From Leptospira sp. (GTDB taxonomy: Bacteria > Spirochaetota > Leptospiria > Leptospirales > Leptospiraceae): a stretch of 64,000 bases of DNA. Shown in pieces: positions 50,346 to 59,817 of the stretch (within the stretch, counting starts at the first letter, position 1; each line of letters begins with the position of its first letter). Made by a program: the position numbers and the translations under genes. A model generated the notes under the pieces. The model saw only the letters and a program-made list of their open reading frames with translations. It was not told the origin of the DNA and ran no database searches. Location of the stretch: NCBI GenBank assembly GCA_034439575.1, contig JAWXAQ010000002.1, forward strand, positions 32,001 to 96,000, read 5' to 3'.

Positions 50346-51443
50346 TTAATATTGACAAGACCCAGTCGGAGCTGTTTGGCGACATGAAGATAGACTTCCA
50401 TAACATAAACTTGAGTTATTGCAAGAATATGGCGTCGATGCTTGACATCCAGCAGCAATTCCAGAAGTATTGCATGTTAAATCAGCGACTGCTATGACTC
50501 GAAATGAAATTAAATTGGCATTCGCATTACCAGCAGTGTTGGTTCCTCTTATTGTAATCGAATTCGAGCTAGCAGAACCGGCCGTAGTTCCAGAAATAAC
50601 ACCTGTTGTTGTATTAAGAGAGATTCCAGCTGGTAGAGTCCCTGAAGTCAAAGAGTATGTTAATGTTGTAGCTGTCACTGTAGTGGGAGTAATTGAAATT
50701 GCAGTATTCACTGGATAATATAAGAAAGAACTGGCATAATTGATCCTAGCTGTCGTTATTTCAATAGAATTTGAAGTATTGGATAGATTCCCAGCTGTAT
50801 TGGATGCAGTTATTGTATAAGAAGTTGACGATTGCGTTGCTGTTGGAGTGCCGGAAATCGCACCTGTCGAAGTATTTATAGTTAGACCAGAAGGAAGGGA
50901 AGGCGAAATCGAAAAAGTACACGGAAAACATCCGGTTTTATAAATCGACGATCCTGAAACAGAAACGCCAACTACATAGGAACCATAAACGCTGCTTAAA
51001 TAGCTAGGTGCAGATGCATTAATGGTCATATCAATCGTAGCAGTTCCCGTGGAATTTCCAATAGTGGCTGTCACAGTATATGTAGTTTTTTGTTGGGGTT
51101 CTGTAGGGGTACCAGAAATTGTAAATGTAGTCAGAGTCGTACTTGTTGAAGACGTTAGGCCAGTCGGGAGACTTGGAGAAATTGAAAATGTTGCCGTACT
51201 GCTACTAGTTGTATAACAACTGATAGTTGAAATCGCCGTACCTGCAGAATATGTAAATGAAGCTGTACTTGATGAAGTGCCACCACAATATACCGAAATG
51301 CTTCCATTGTTCGATGTGGAAGACCTTGCACCACCACTAGCTAGAGCTAATAAAAGTGTGGAAGAACTTTCATCACTTTTACCACCAGATTCGCAGTTTA
51401 TCGAAAATAACAAAAGAATTAAAAGTTTAGCATATTTTTTCAT
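50346..51443 (-). CDS. Lipoprotein with three putative Ig (He_PIG) domains and a Cys-rich tail
   Basis: SIN-C; FSISPSLPSGLTINTSTGAISGTPT-type repeats x3. Confidence 0.88.
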   Translation of the reverse strand: MKKYAKLLILLLFSINCESGGKSDESSSTLLLALASGGARSSTSNNGSISVYCGGTSSSTASFTYSAGTAISTISCYTTSSSTATFSISPSLPTGLTSSTSTTLTTFTISGTPTEPQQKTTYTVTATIGNSTGTATIDMTINASAPSYLSSVYGSYVVGVSVSGSSIYKTGCFPCTFSISPSLPSGLTINTSTGAISGTPTATQSSTSYTITASNTAGNLSNTSNSIEITTARINYASSFLYYPVNTAISITPTTVTATTLTYSLTSGTLPAGISLNTTTGVISGTTAGSASSNSITIRGTNTAGNANANLISFRVIAVADLTCNTSGIAAGCQASTPYSCNNSSLCYGSLSSCRQTAPTGSCQY

Positions 51444-51702
51444 AGTACCAGAATTTAGCACAACGTATACTTTGTCAAACAAACAGGAATAAGGTAGTCT
51501 TATTGGAAAAATATAATTAGATATTTTGATATAACATATTATAATTGCAAATTTGCCCTTTACGGAATTTTAATTAGCCAATTCAATTAATATGCACGAT
51601 AAAATTTTTAAAAATTGGGCCCAGAAAATTATTTTCTAAGTTCATCTTTTTGCTGTTAAATGGCAAAACTTTCGAAAATATTAAGCTATATTCATAGACA
51701 AT

Positions 51703-51909
51703 ATGAAAAAACTTACTTATTTACTTTTAATCTTCCCTTTTTGTACAAATTGTATACTAAAATCTTTTCTTGATTCGCCTATTAAATCCGGATGAGTGTC
51801 TGATTTTGAATTTAGTGATTGAACATTTATTTCTTGTCCAGTTATGAAAATGTGCACTGTTTATTCAGATTGCTATACTAGAAATTTTGTTTCAAATATA
51901 TCTAATTAA
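51703..51909 (+). pseudogene. Degraded small lipoprotein gene
   Basis: MKKLTYLLLIFPFCTN-C signal, premature TGA at 51793, Cys-containing fragments downstream. Confidence 0.35.
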
Positions 51910-51921
51910 GTTTAACTTATG

Positions 51922-51961
51922 GAGTCATATCTGACCTAATCCATTTAGGTCAGATTGACTC
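51922..51961. terminator. Long hairpin downstream of the 551-aa lipoprotein gene
   Basis: GAGTCA(T)ATCTGACCTAA-tccat-TTAGGTCAGATTGACTC. Confidence 0.7.
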
Positions 51962-51979
51962 TCTAGACTTTACAAAATT

Positions 51980-53635
51980 TTATTCTACAATCCTTGCACT
52001 CAGTCCTCCACCTAAATTATCAGGGTAGATAAAATAATTATTTTCACCTGATGTCCAGCTAGGTGAGGATGAAAAAGCACCTACTATAATTCCTGAGTCT
52101 ACTTTGACCTTGCACTTTTCTGATTTGATCGAAATCGTTTTAAAGCTTGGGCAAGATTGACCATTGGCTGGAATACAAACAGGAAGATCAACTTGTCCCG
52201 AAAGATCCGCATTCCCCTGATAGAATTTTTTCAAATGTGTATAACTTCCAGGTATATATTTTAATTTACTTATATCGCCTATACTTAAGTTAAACTCTTT
52301 TAAGGGTAGATATACTTTTTCCGAAGCAGCAATTTTGACTGCATTGATACCGCCATTATTCAAACAGCCATCAATGGTCAGGCTTGTCATCGTTCCATTT
52401 GTCAATGCAGAAGAATTTTCTATCAATTTTGTTAGAAATGTCTTTTGTAAATTGGCACCAAAGAACAATAGGCGAGTGGGTGCATTGACTGCAGTTTCTG
52501 GAGTAAATGATGTTAGTTGTAGATAAGGTGGATCTTTCAAAGAAAAAGTTTTTGCACAAGCATCAGAGCTTCCCGTTGTCGTATTATATGAGCAGGTGGA
52601 AAAGTCTGAAAAAGAAGTCCCATCAGATTTTTTGAAGTACTGTCCAAAATCCGTTCCATTGGTAACTGGACGAATGTTAAACGATTCATTGATTCCTAGA
52701 GCCGTGTCATTGATTGACAAAGTGACTATGCTATTCCCAAAATTAGAAGTTCCGAGTGGAAGGGTACTTTCAGAACTGCATACAGTTCCCGTACTTTTGT
52801 TAAATGTATCACCAATCGTATATAATTCCCCTGCGGCACCAAACAAACTTTGATAATAAGATTTTACATATTTTAACTTATTCGTTTTATCAGAGCTTGG
52901 GATGGAGTTGGAAGGGTTGTTTGGGTTATCATAAAGATTCGTATTCATTTCATCTAATCTTTGCAATGTGATTGATTTATTATTATATGAGATTTTTATT
53001 GTTGCCGAGCTGATATCGGTTACCTTTTTATCACTACCAATCTTTCCGAGGAAGATGATTGGTTGCACAAAAAAGTTTCCTGTGGATGCTGTCACACTTG
53101 AGCTAAACGTATTGCACCGAGTACTAAAACCCACATAGCCTTTTAGAAAAATACTTCCAAATTGAGCCGATTGGTTTGCATTACTCACATTCCCACTAAC
53201 AGTGCTACCAGTTGTTGAAGAATGATTGATATTGACATTTGTATCAGAATTGTTTTTAAAATTAATGCGATATCTACCGGATTTGGATGGAGTAAATGCC
53301 ACGGACAAAGAACCATCTCCATTTCTTAAATAACTTTGTTCCATTCCATCTGGATCAACGACGGATACTTCGACTTTCGTTTGGTTGTCTGTGCCTGTAG
53401 CCAATGCACGCATATTGTTTTGGACCGAGGTCGATGCTGTCGCATTATAATTGGAAGTCACAGAATTGCCCGAAGTGACATCCATTTCAATAAAACTTCC
53501 ATCGTTCGTAGAGGTCGCTGTATTTGATAAGATGCCCAAGATTAATAATTTTAATAAATCATCGTCGTTCTCTTTTTTATCGAAAATACCGCATGCCATG
53601 TTCAATAACAAGGTGAGGGTAAGTAAATACTTCAT
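51980..53635 (-). CDS. 551-aa surface lipoprotein of unknown function
   Basis: AGGAG RBS; NMA-C lipobox, KKENDDDLLKLLIL; filamin-like DGSLSVAFTPSKSGRY Ig strand. Confidence 0.85.
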   Translation of the reverse strand: MKYLLTLTLLLNMACGIFDKKENDDDLLKLLILGILSNTATSTNDGSFIEMDVTSGNSVTSNYNATASTSVQNNMRALATGTDNQTKVEVSVVDPDGMEQSYLRNGDGSLSVAFTPSKSGRYRINFKNNSDTNVNINHSSTTGSTVSGNVSNANQSAQFGSIFLKGYVGFSTRCNTFSSSVTASTGNFFVQPIIFLGKIGSDKKVTDISSATIKISYNNKSITLQRLDEMNTNLYDNPNNPSNSIPSSDKTNKLKYVKSYYQSLFGAAGELYTIGDTFNKSTGTVCSSESTLPLGTSNFGNSIVTLSINDTALGINESFNIRPVTNGTDFGQYFKKSDGTSFSDFSTCSYNTTTGSSDACAKTFSLKDPPYLQLTSFTPETAVNAPTRLLFFGANLQKTFLTKLIENSSALTNGTMTSLTIDGCLNNGGINAVKIAASEKVYLPLKEFNLSIGDISKLKYIPGSYTHLKKFYQGNADLSGQVDLPVCIPANGQSCPSFKTISIKSEKCKVKVDSGIIVGAFSSSPSWTSGENNYFIYPDNLGGGLSARIVE

Positions 53636-53753
53636 TTGTAATCTCCTAGAATCTAATTAGAAAAAAATTAGTTTTCTTTTTTGTGATTCTATCACTCTCT
53701 ACAAGCAGTGAGGTTTTATATTTCACATGAATAGAGATATCGATTGCCTTTTA

Positions 53754-53787
53754 ATTCGATGGAAGTAGAAATATTCGATCGAAGTAG
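53754..53787. promoter_or_regulatory. 15-bp direct repeat in a divergent promoter region
   Basis: ATTCGATGGAAGTAG (53754-53768) and ATTCGATCGAAGTAG (53773-53787). Confidence 0.5.
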
Positions 53788-53846
53788 GTGAGAATCCTAA
53801 GTTTTGTGAAATTAAAAAATTAGTAAAAAATTTATTTTGACCAAAA

Positions 53847-55445
53847 GTGAAAAAATCTAAAAACTACCAAGCAAGTATGAGAACTAATTTCTTAAGTATC
53901 CAGAGTATTTCTGATTATATTCCAAAGATAAAAATAATTTCTGTTTTTATACTCCTTACATTTATCATCTCTCCCATTTTCGCCGAACCGAAGATAAATG
54001 ATGCTATCAAACTTTCAAATGATTTTAAAAGGAAAAATCTTTTAGGTTCCCTCATTTATTTTGAAGATAAAAATAAAATCTTTTCAATAAATGAGATAGA
54101 AAATTCATTGAATCAAAATTTTTCCTCATGGTCTACAACGAGCGAACGAGAGTTGAGTTTTGGATTTACTAAGAGTGCGATATGGTTACATTTTAAAGTA
54201 GAAAATTTGGCGAGTGAATTGGATCACCTATTCTTAGAATGTAACCTTGCTACCTTGGATAAAATTGATATTTTTTATAGAGATCAAAATGGGGAGTGGG
54301 TGACAGAGACTCTCGGAGATATTTACCCATTTCAAAAACGAAAATTAAAATATAGAACGTTGGTATTTCAATTTCCTATAAAATTCCAAAAAGAATCAAA
54401 AATATTTTTGAGACTAGAGAATAAAGGCCCGATGAAGATTTCTGTTTTACTAAGGTCGCAAGAAAATTTGATCACTCAAATGAATTCTGATCAAATGGTC
54501 CTCGGGATTTATTATGGAATCATGATCGTGATTCTAATGTACAATTTTATTTTATTTTTTACCATTCGTGATAAAACATACTTATTTTATTTTTTATATG
54601 TGTTAAATATTGCCCTTTATCAGTTTTTCATTAGTGGCAATGCAGCCCAATTTATTTTTAATAATGCACCGGATATCGCCAATCGGGCTCCTAATTTAGT
54701 CGCACAATCATTGTTTGTATTTGGACTATTATTTACAAAATATTTCCTCAATACAAAATTCTATGCACCCAAGATAAATCTATGGTTAGAAATTTTGATA
54801 GGTATCGCTGGAGTTTTATTTGTGATCATTCTATTTGTCGGCCATGATATGAATTTGATGAGAGTATCAAATATTTTTGGATTGGTACTGATACTTTCTA
54901 TAATTGTTTCTGGTGTGATAGTCTTTCGTGAAGGGTATAGACCTGCTCGGTATTTTTTAATAGGATGGTCTATTTTATTATTGGCCGGTTTTGTTCAAAT
55001 TATGGCGAATTTAGGTTCATTCAATCTTACGGCTGAGCATGTAGGACAAATTGGATCTTTAATCGAAGTTATGTTTCTCACCTTTGCTTTAGGTGATCGC
55101 ATTAACACCTTAGGAAAAGATCAACATTTGCATCAAGAGATCATAACAGGATCAATGAATCCGAAAATGAATAAGAAAAATGGAAAATCAGTCAGACCAC
55201 TATTTGTCATCCTGCAAACGGATTTCAGTCTCACTTACCAACAGGCACAAATTTGCGTCGCCTTAAGTGAAGGAAAATCACGGATTACAATTTCCGAAGA
55301 ATTAGGCATTTCTTCCAATACTTTGAAAAAACATCTTTCTGAAATTTATCATAAAACTATCAATCTTACCGACAACCAAACCATTCCTTCCCAGGAAAAA
55401 TTACAGAAATTAACAATCTTTTTGAATGAAATAAACCAAACTTAA
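53847..55445 (+). CDS. 7TM-DISM receptor fused to C-terminal LuxR-like HTH (alternative ATG 53877)
   Basis: FGFTKSAIWLHF, LDKIDIF DISMED2; YYGIM..LILMYN 7TM; LTYQQAQIC..L.EGKS...ISEELGISSNTLKKHLSEIY. Confidence 0.85.
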   Translation: MKKSKNYQASMRTNFLSIQSISDYIPKIKIISVFILLTFIISPIFAEPKINDAIKLSNDFKRKNLLGSLIYFEDKNKIFSINEIENSLNQNFSSWSTTSERELSFGFTKSAIWLHFKVENLASELDHLFLECNLATLDKIDIFYRDQNGEWVTETLGDIYPFQKRKLKYRTLVFQFPIKFQKESKIFLRLENKGPMKISVLLRSQENLITQMNSDQMVLGIYYGIMIVILMYNFILFFTIRDKTYLFYFLYVLNIALYQFFISGNAAQFIFNNAPDIANRAPNLVAQSLFVFGLLFTKYFLNTKFYAPKINLWLEILIGIAGVLFVIILFVGHDMNLMRVSNIFGLVLILSIIVSGVIVFREGYRPARYFLIGWSILLLAGFVQIMANLGSFNLTAEHVGQIGSLIEVMFLTFALGDRINTLGKDQHLHQEIITGSMNPKMNKKNGKSVRPLFVILQTDFSLTYQQAQICVALSEGKSRITISEELGISSNTLKKHLSEIYHKTINLTDNQTIPSQEKLQKLTIFLNEINQT

Positions 55446-55469
55446 ATTACAGAGATTATTTATAGATAA

Positions 55470-56693
55470 TCATTCTATCCATGTGAACCACCTAGCAGGT
55501 ACAATCATCTGGATGGTGTAGGGATTTTTTGAAATGGATAAAGTTCCTCCGATCGATTCTACTTTTGAGATCAGGTTATTTTCATGCGAATCATCTTCAT
55601 CTGGAAATATAATTTCTGCATCCAAGTCGTCATTGCCAGTAGTTGAAAAATGAAACCAGAATGATTTTGGTTCAATGGATAATTTCCAAACGGATGTACC
55701 TTTACCATATTTTAAGTCATTGGTAGTAATTTCTGAAAATATAAAATATAAATTTTTAACAATTTCCTTGTCCGTTAAACGAATGTTAATTTCATTCCAT
55801 TTTTCATCCCATTGAAATTTAATATTTCTTCCAGCAAATTTGTACCTTTTTTTCAGTAATAACCTGATTCCATCTAAAAAGGAAGTTCGTAGAATTTCTT
55901 TTTGATCTTCCTCATGTAATTGGGATCTTAGTAAACCCATAGCTTCTTCGGAAGTATTTTTTAGTTTTTTAAAATCTTCTAAACTTTCAATTGGCGCATT
56001 GGTTTCTAATTTTCTGGTTAAAAGTAATATTTCCGTTAGGTGTGATCCGAGAGAATCATGCACATCTTGAAAAAAAGACTTTTTTCTTTCATTTAACAAA
56101 ACCCCCCGATACGCGGCGATGTATCGTGTGCGAAACCACCAATGATTTAGAAAAAAACATACAAAAAATAATGGAATGATAGTCGTCATCTCTCTCCATG
56201 TTTCTTCAGGAATTTTTCCTTGGTTTTCAATTATAACTCGGAGGATATAAATTAAAAATAAGATGCTCCATTCTAGGACAAATTGCCAAACTCGACCTGG
56301 ATAAAAAAATGAACTAACGCCAATTAAAGCAATGATAGTTAACCAATTTCTAGGATCAAAATATATAATTTTTGGATCGTGAAATCCTGTTTCAATTTCC
56401 AGAACTACGAGAAGAAAAAACAAAACGCGAACGAGTAGGGGAGCAAAGGTAAAAAATTTGCGGAAAAATAAGGAAATCAAAATAAATAAAATTCCAATGA
56501 CAAGTTCTGCCGCAGACAGTGAGAGGTTTATCGGATTTCCAAGTCCCCATTCAATATATACACTTTGTGTATAGGCTAAGGTAAAAGCGATGCCTAATAA
56601 GTATAACTTACCAAGGATTTCCGAATAAACTGCATATAGCGAAACTATTTCGATAGGATTTGATCTTATCAGGCGTGAGAAAAAAGCGTACAT
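55470..56693 (-). CDS. Membrane sensor kinase-like protein (HisKA_3) with degenerate ATPase domain
   Basis: About 6 TM; FQDVHDSLGSHL H-box; EITTNDLKYG N-box; no clear G1/G2 boxes. Confidence 0.75.
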   Translation of the reverse strand: MYAFFSRLIRSNPIEIVSLYAVYSEILGKLYLLGIAFTLAYTQSVYIEWGLGNPINLSLSAAELVIGILFILISLFFRKFFTFAPLLVRVLFFLLVVLEIETGFHDPKIIYFDPRNWLTIIALIGVSSFFYPGRVWQFVLEWSILFLIYILRVIIENQGKIPEETWREMTTIIPLFFVCFFLNHWWFRTRYIAAYRGVLLNERKKSFFQDVHDSLGSHLTEILLLTRKLETNAPIESLEDFKKLKNTSEEAMGLLRSQLHEEDQKEILRTSFLDGIRLLLKKRYKFAGRNIKFQWDEKWNEINIRLTDKEIVKNLYFIFSEITTNDLKYGKGTSVWKLSIEPKSFWFHFSTTGNDDLDAEIIFPDEDDSHENNLISKVESIGGTLSISKNPYTIQMIVPARWFTWIE

Positions 56694-56889
56694 AAGTTTA
56701 TAATGATACGATCATTGTAGGTAGATTCACTATAGTATTTGCTTTCGTCAATTTCCGGGCGACTCAATTTTTATAAAATTTAACAAAAAAATTCTAAATT
56801 CGATTTCTCGTTACCCGGAATTTTTGCTTTATCGTATGATATGGGTTATATGATATGGTATTTGCAATTCTTCGAAAATATCTAAATAT

Positions 56890-57738
56890 ATGGTTAAAAA
56901 AAATATGTTTTGTTATAAGTATAAATATTTTTATATTTTGATTAGTTTTATTTTTTTAAATTCCTGTTCTACAGAAGAATCTACATTACCTTTTCGTAAT
57001 TTGCAAGTTCGTATCACACAACCTATCTTCGTGGATAAAATCATTTGGGATGCAAATATGGTTCCCACTTTAGGAAATTTGATTCAACGAACAGAGAATG
57101 ATGGTGATTCGTTTCAAGTTGTATTTCATAATTTTGAAACTAAAAAAATAGTTCGGACGATTTCAATCACAGTAAGAAATCGAGACTTGGACTTAGAGCT
57201 ACAAAGATATATTTCTTATCCTTTTCAGTATACTATGGCTGCTGCCTATCTATCAGGAATGTTAGCATTGAATATTCTAAGCGTTGGATCTGGAAACGAT
57301 AAATATACAGGTGTGTTTCTTCTTGGTTTTTCTGTGGGAACCTTTACTCTCGGCACAACGGGTGGCTTTCTAGTGGGCCTTGGGCGGGGCACTTATGAGC
57401 TAACGGATGATTTGTGGGATGGTTTTACAGTAAATAAAAAGGAGATCGTACTCGGATATAATGACTATGAGTATGATATGGAAGGTAGAATCAAAAGTGT
57501 GTCATCTTATTTGCCTTACCGTTCGATCACAAATGAAGCGATCCCTGTTTATGATTTAGATGGTAAAAAACAAATTACAACTTTATATACAAAAGAAGAA
57601 CCTGTCGAATTATTTCAGTTAGATTATATTTATGGAAAAAATGGAAAGAATCCGACATCCATTATATTAAAAGAATTCATTCCAAAATTAAAAACAACTA
57701 AGATACGATTACCTATTCGAAAGCAAATCATACCTTAG
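56890..57738 (+). CDS. Hypothetical lipoprotein with internal Gly-zipper hydrophobic segment
   Basis: LNS-C; GTFTLGTTGGFLVGLGRG. Confidence 0.7.
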   Translation: MVKKNMFCYKYKYFYILISFIFLNSCSTEESTLPFRNLQVRITQPIFVDKIIWDANMVPTLGNLIQRTENDGDSFQVVFHNFETKKIVRTISITVRNRDLDLELQRYISYPFQYTMAAAYLSGMLALNILSVGSGNDKYTGVFLLGFSVGTFTLGTTGGFLVGLGRGTYELTDDLWDGFTVNKKEIVLGYNDYEYDMEGRIKSVSSYLPYRSITNEAIPVYDLDGKKQITTLYTKEEPVELFQLDYIYGKNGKNPTSIILKEFIPKLKTTKIRLPIRKQIIP

Positions 57739-57753
57739 TCATTAATTACAATA

Positions 57754-58119
57754 CTAAAATGGTTGGTATACGGCTAAATATGTAGCTAACCCACCTAGCA
57801 GTGGTAATATAATCCATAATGCCTTGGCAAGTTTTTCTGATTTATAAGCAAGTGCGAGTACACCAGCAAACACAAACCAGATGACAAGTTTTAGGTAAAC
57901 CCAATTAGGCCACCCCGCACTGTACTTTCTTGCGAGTAGACCAAATCCACCAGTGAGTATCAACAAGATGGCCACTCCATGAGTGATTGCGACAATTTTA
58001 CGCCAAGTATTGTCTGCTTTTTTACCGCCATTGATCGTAAAAAGGGAAATACCGCCAAGGGATAGGAATAACAAAAACATTCCAAAAATGTGCATTACTT
58101 TATAAAATTCGTAGGGCAT
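57754..58119 (-). CDS. Small 4-TM membrane protein (SirB2/CopD-like)
   Basis: GGAG RBS; YKVMH, ITHG, WVYLKL. Confidence 0.7.
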   Translation of the reverse strand: MPYEFYKVMHIFGMFLLFLSLGGISLFTINGGKKADNTWRKIVAITHGVAILLILTGGFGLLARKYSAGWPNWVYLKLVIWFVFAGVLALAYKSEKLAKALWIILPLLGGLATYLAVYQPF

Positions 58120-58203
58120 AATTAAAACTCCAAATGATTTGGCTTTCATGGTTTGACTTGGCGATTCTTTGTGCTAGATAATAATTGAACTAAAGATTAA
58201 AAA

Positions 58204-58626
58204 ATGAATGATAAAACTTTGTTATTACTCAGAGGACTTCCTGGTTCCGGAAAGTCTACGTTTGCAAATCTCTTAGCTATGGAAGCCTCTTTCCTTGTAT
58301 GTTCTTTGGATGAGTATTTTACAGATGAGAAAGGAAATTATAAATTCGATTTTAGATCAAATCATTTAGCATATAAAAATTGCCAAGACAAAGTAGAAGC
58401 GGCAATGAAATCTCATACTTCCAAAATATTAGTCGATCAAATCTTTGCATTGTTATTTGAGATCGAACCCTATTTCAAATTGGCAGAAAAATACAATTTC
58501 CGAACCATTGTTTGCACTCTTGAGAATCGTCACAAAGGAGAAAATATTCATGCCATTCCTGATGAGCAATTGGTAAAAATGGCGAAGGGTTTTAAGGTTG
58601 AATTGTTGCCAGATAGGCTGCGGTGA
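58204..58626 (+). CDS. AAA_33/polynucleotide-kinase-like P-loop protein
   Basis: LLRGLPGSGKST, SLDEYF, ENRH...NIHAIP. Confidence 0.8.
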   Translation: MNDKTLLLLRGLPGSGKSTFANLLAMEASFLVCSLDEYFTDEKGNYKFDFRSNHLAYKNCQDKVEAAMKSHTSKILVDQIFALLFEIEPYFKLAEKYNFRTIVCTLENRHKGENIHAIPDEQLVKMAKGFKVELLPDRLR

Positions 58627-58639
58627 AGCTCAAGAGGAT

Positions 58640-58689
58640 AAAAAAAATCCACCGTTGATGAGAGTGATCACTCTTAACAACAGTGGATT
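58640..58689 (-). terminator. Terminator of the RRM gene
   Basis: Long stem AATCCAC..GAGTGATCACTC..GTGGATT followed by T8 on the minus strand. Confidence 0.8.
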
Positions 58690-58701
58690 AACAAAAGGAG
58701 A

Positions 58702-58965
58702 TTATCTCCAGTTGTTTGTTTTTGGTTTTGCGATGTTTACTTTCATCTCACGGTTAAGAATGTTCTTTCCGTTCAAATCTTTGATCGCATTGTCAGCTTC
58801 CTGACCATCTTTCATTTCGATAAAGCCAAAACCTTTCGATCGTCCAGAATACTGATCAGTGATGATCTTTGCAGAAGTTACTGCGCCATGTGCACCAAAA
58901 AGCTCGCTTAGCTTGCCTTCGGTCATATCATAAGAAAGGTTTCCAACGTAAATGTTTACTGACAT
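58702..58965 (-). CDS. RRM RNA-binding protein
   Basis: GAGG RBS; IYVGNL (RNP2), SKGFGFIEM (RNP1). Confidence 0.93.
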   Translation of the reverse strand: MSVNIYVGNLSYDMTEGKLSELFGAHGAVTSAKIITDQYSGRSKGFGFIEMKDGQEADNAIKDLNGKNILNREMKVNIAKPKTNNWR

Positions 58966-59154
58966 ATTATGTCCTCTAAAATCAAATTTGGACTCGGTTA
59001 TTCTGGAATTTTCAATCGACGGGACACCCAAAATGAATCGGGTTGTGGTAGGAACTCCAGGGAAATGCAGGAAAACTTAAGAAAGCTATCGGCGTGCAAG
59101 CTAGAAAGGACTACTTCGGCGGTGAAAAATCTACAATACTCTGAATCTGTTACC

Positions 59155-59183
59155 AGCTTAATTTGCCATCAAATAAATAGCAA
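59155..59183 (-). promoter_or_regulatory. Sigma70-like promoter for the RRM gene
   Basis: TTGCTA-N17-TAAGCT on the minus strand. Confidence 0.5.
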
Positions 59184-59230
59184 CAGGAAAGTATGATTCA
59201 GAGTATTTTTATTTCGGAATGGACGGAGTT

Positions 59231-59722
59231 CTAATGGTGATGATGCCCACCAGGACCATGAACGTGACCATGTTGAATTTCTTCTTTTGTTGCATCGCGG
59301 ATTACTTTGATTGTGACATCAAAATGCAATGTCTCGCCAGCTAACGGATGATTGCCATTCATTATAACGTCTGTTTCACGGATTTCTTGGAGATACAAAA
59401 CCATATGGCCTTCAGCAGTATCAGTTTGAAATTCCATGCCAATTTCTAGTTCGGCTTCTGGTGGAAGTTCTGCTTTCGGGACTTGGAAAACAAGACTTTC
59501 ATCATATGTCCCGTAACCATCTTCGGGAGCGACCTTCACTTGTTTAGAGTCGCCATCTTTTAATCCTTCTAATTCTTTTTCCAGACCAGGAATGATATTT
59601 CCTTCACCATGCAAGTAAAGTAGGGGTTCGTCCGACTGATCCAAAGTCGCTCCCTGGGAGTTTTTTAGGTGATAGGAAAATCCTACAACCTTACCTTTAG
59701 TGATTGTATTTGACATATTCAT
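59231..59722 (-). CDS. slyD: FKBP-type PPIase SlyD
   Basis: YLHGEGNIIPGLE, NGNHPLAGETLHF, His-rich tail. Confidence 0.92.
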   Translation of the reverse strand: MNMSNTITKGKVVGFSYHLKNSQGATLDQSDEPLLYLHGEGNIIPGLEKELEGLKDGDSKQVKVAPEDGYGTYDESLVFQVPKAELPPEAELEIGMEFQTDTAEGHMVLYLQEIRETDVIMNGNHPLAGETLHFDVTIKVIRDATKEEIQHGHVHGPGGHHHH

Positions 59723-59817
59723 TACAAAGTAGAATCAGAAAAAAATACTGCAACCTAATAAAAGGTTGGTACCAGATTCCATTATGAGATTTTTACATTC
59801 GGTTTAAAAAAAAATAT

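Noticed and set aside
58966-59031. N-terminal extension of the RRM ORF, and antisense ORF 58969-59196
   Set aside because: RBS and the domain start support ATG 58965; the region is better explained as UTR
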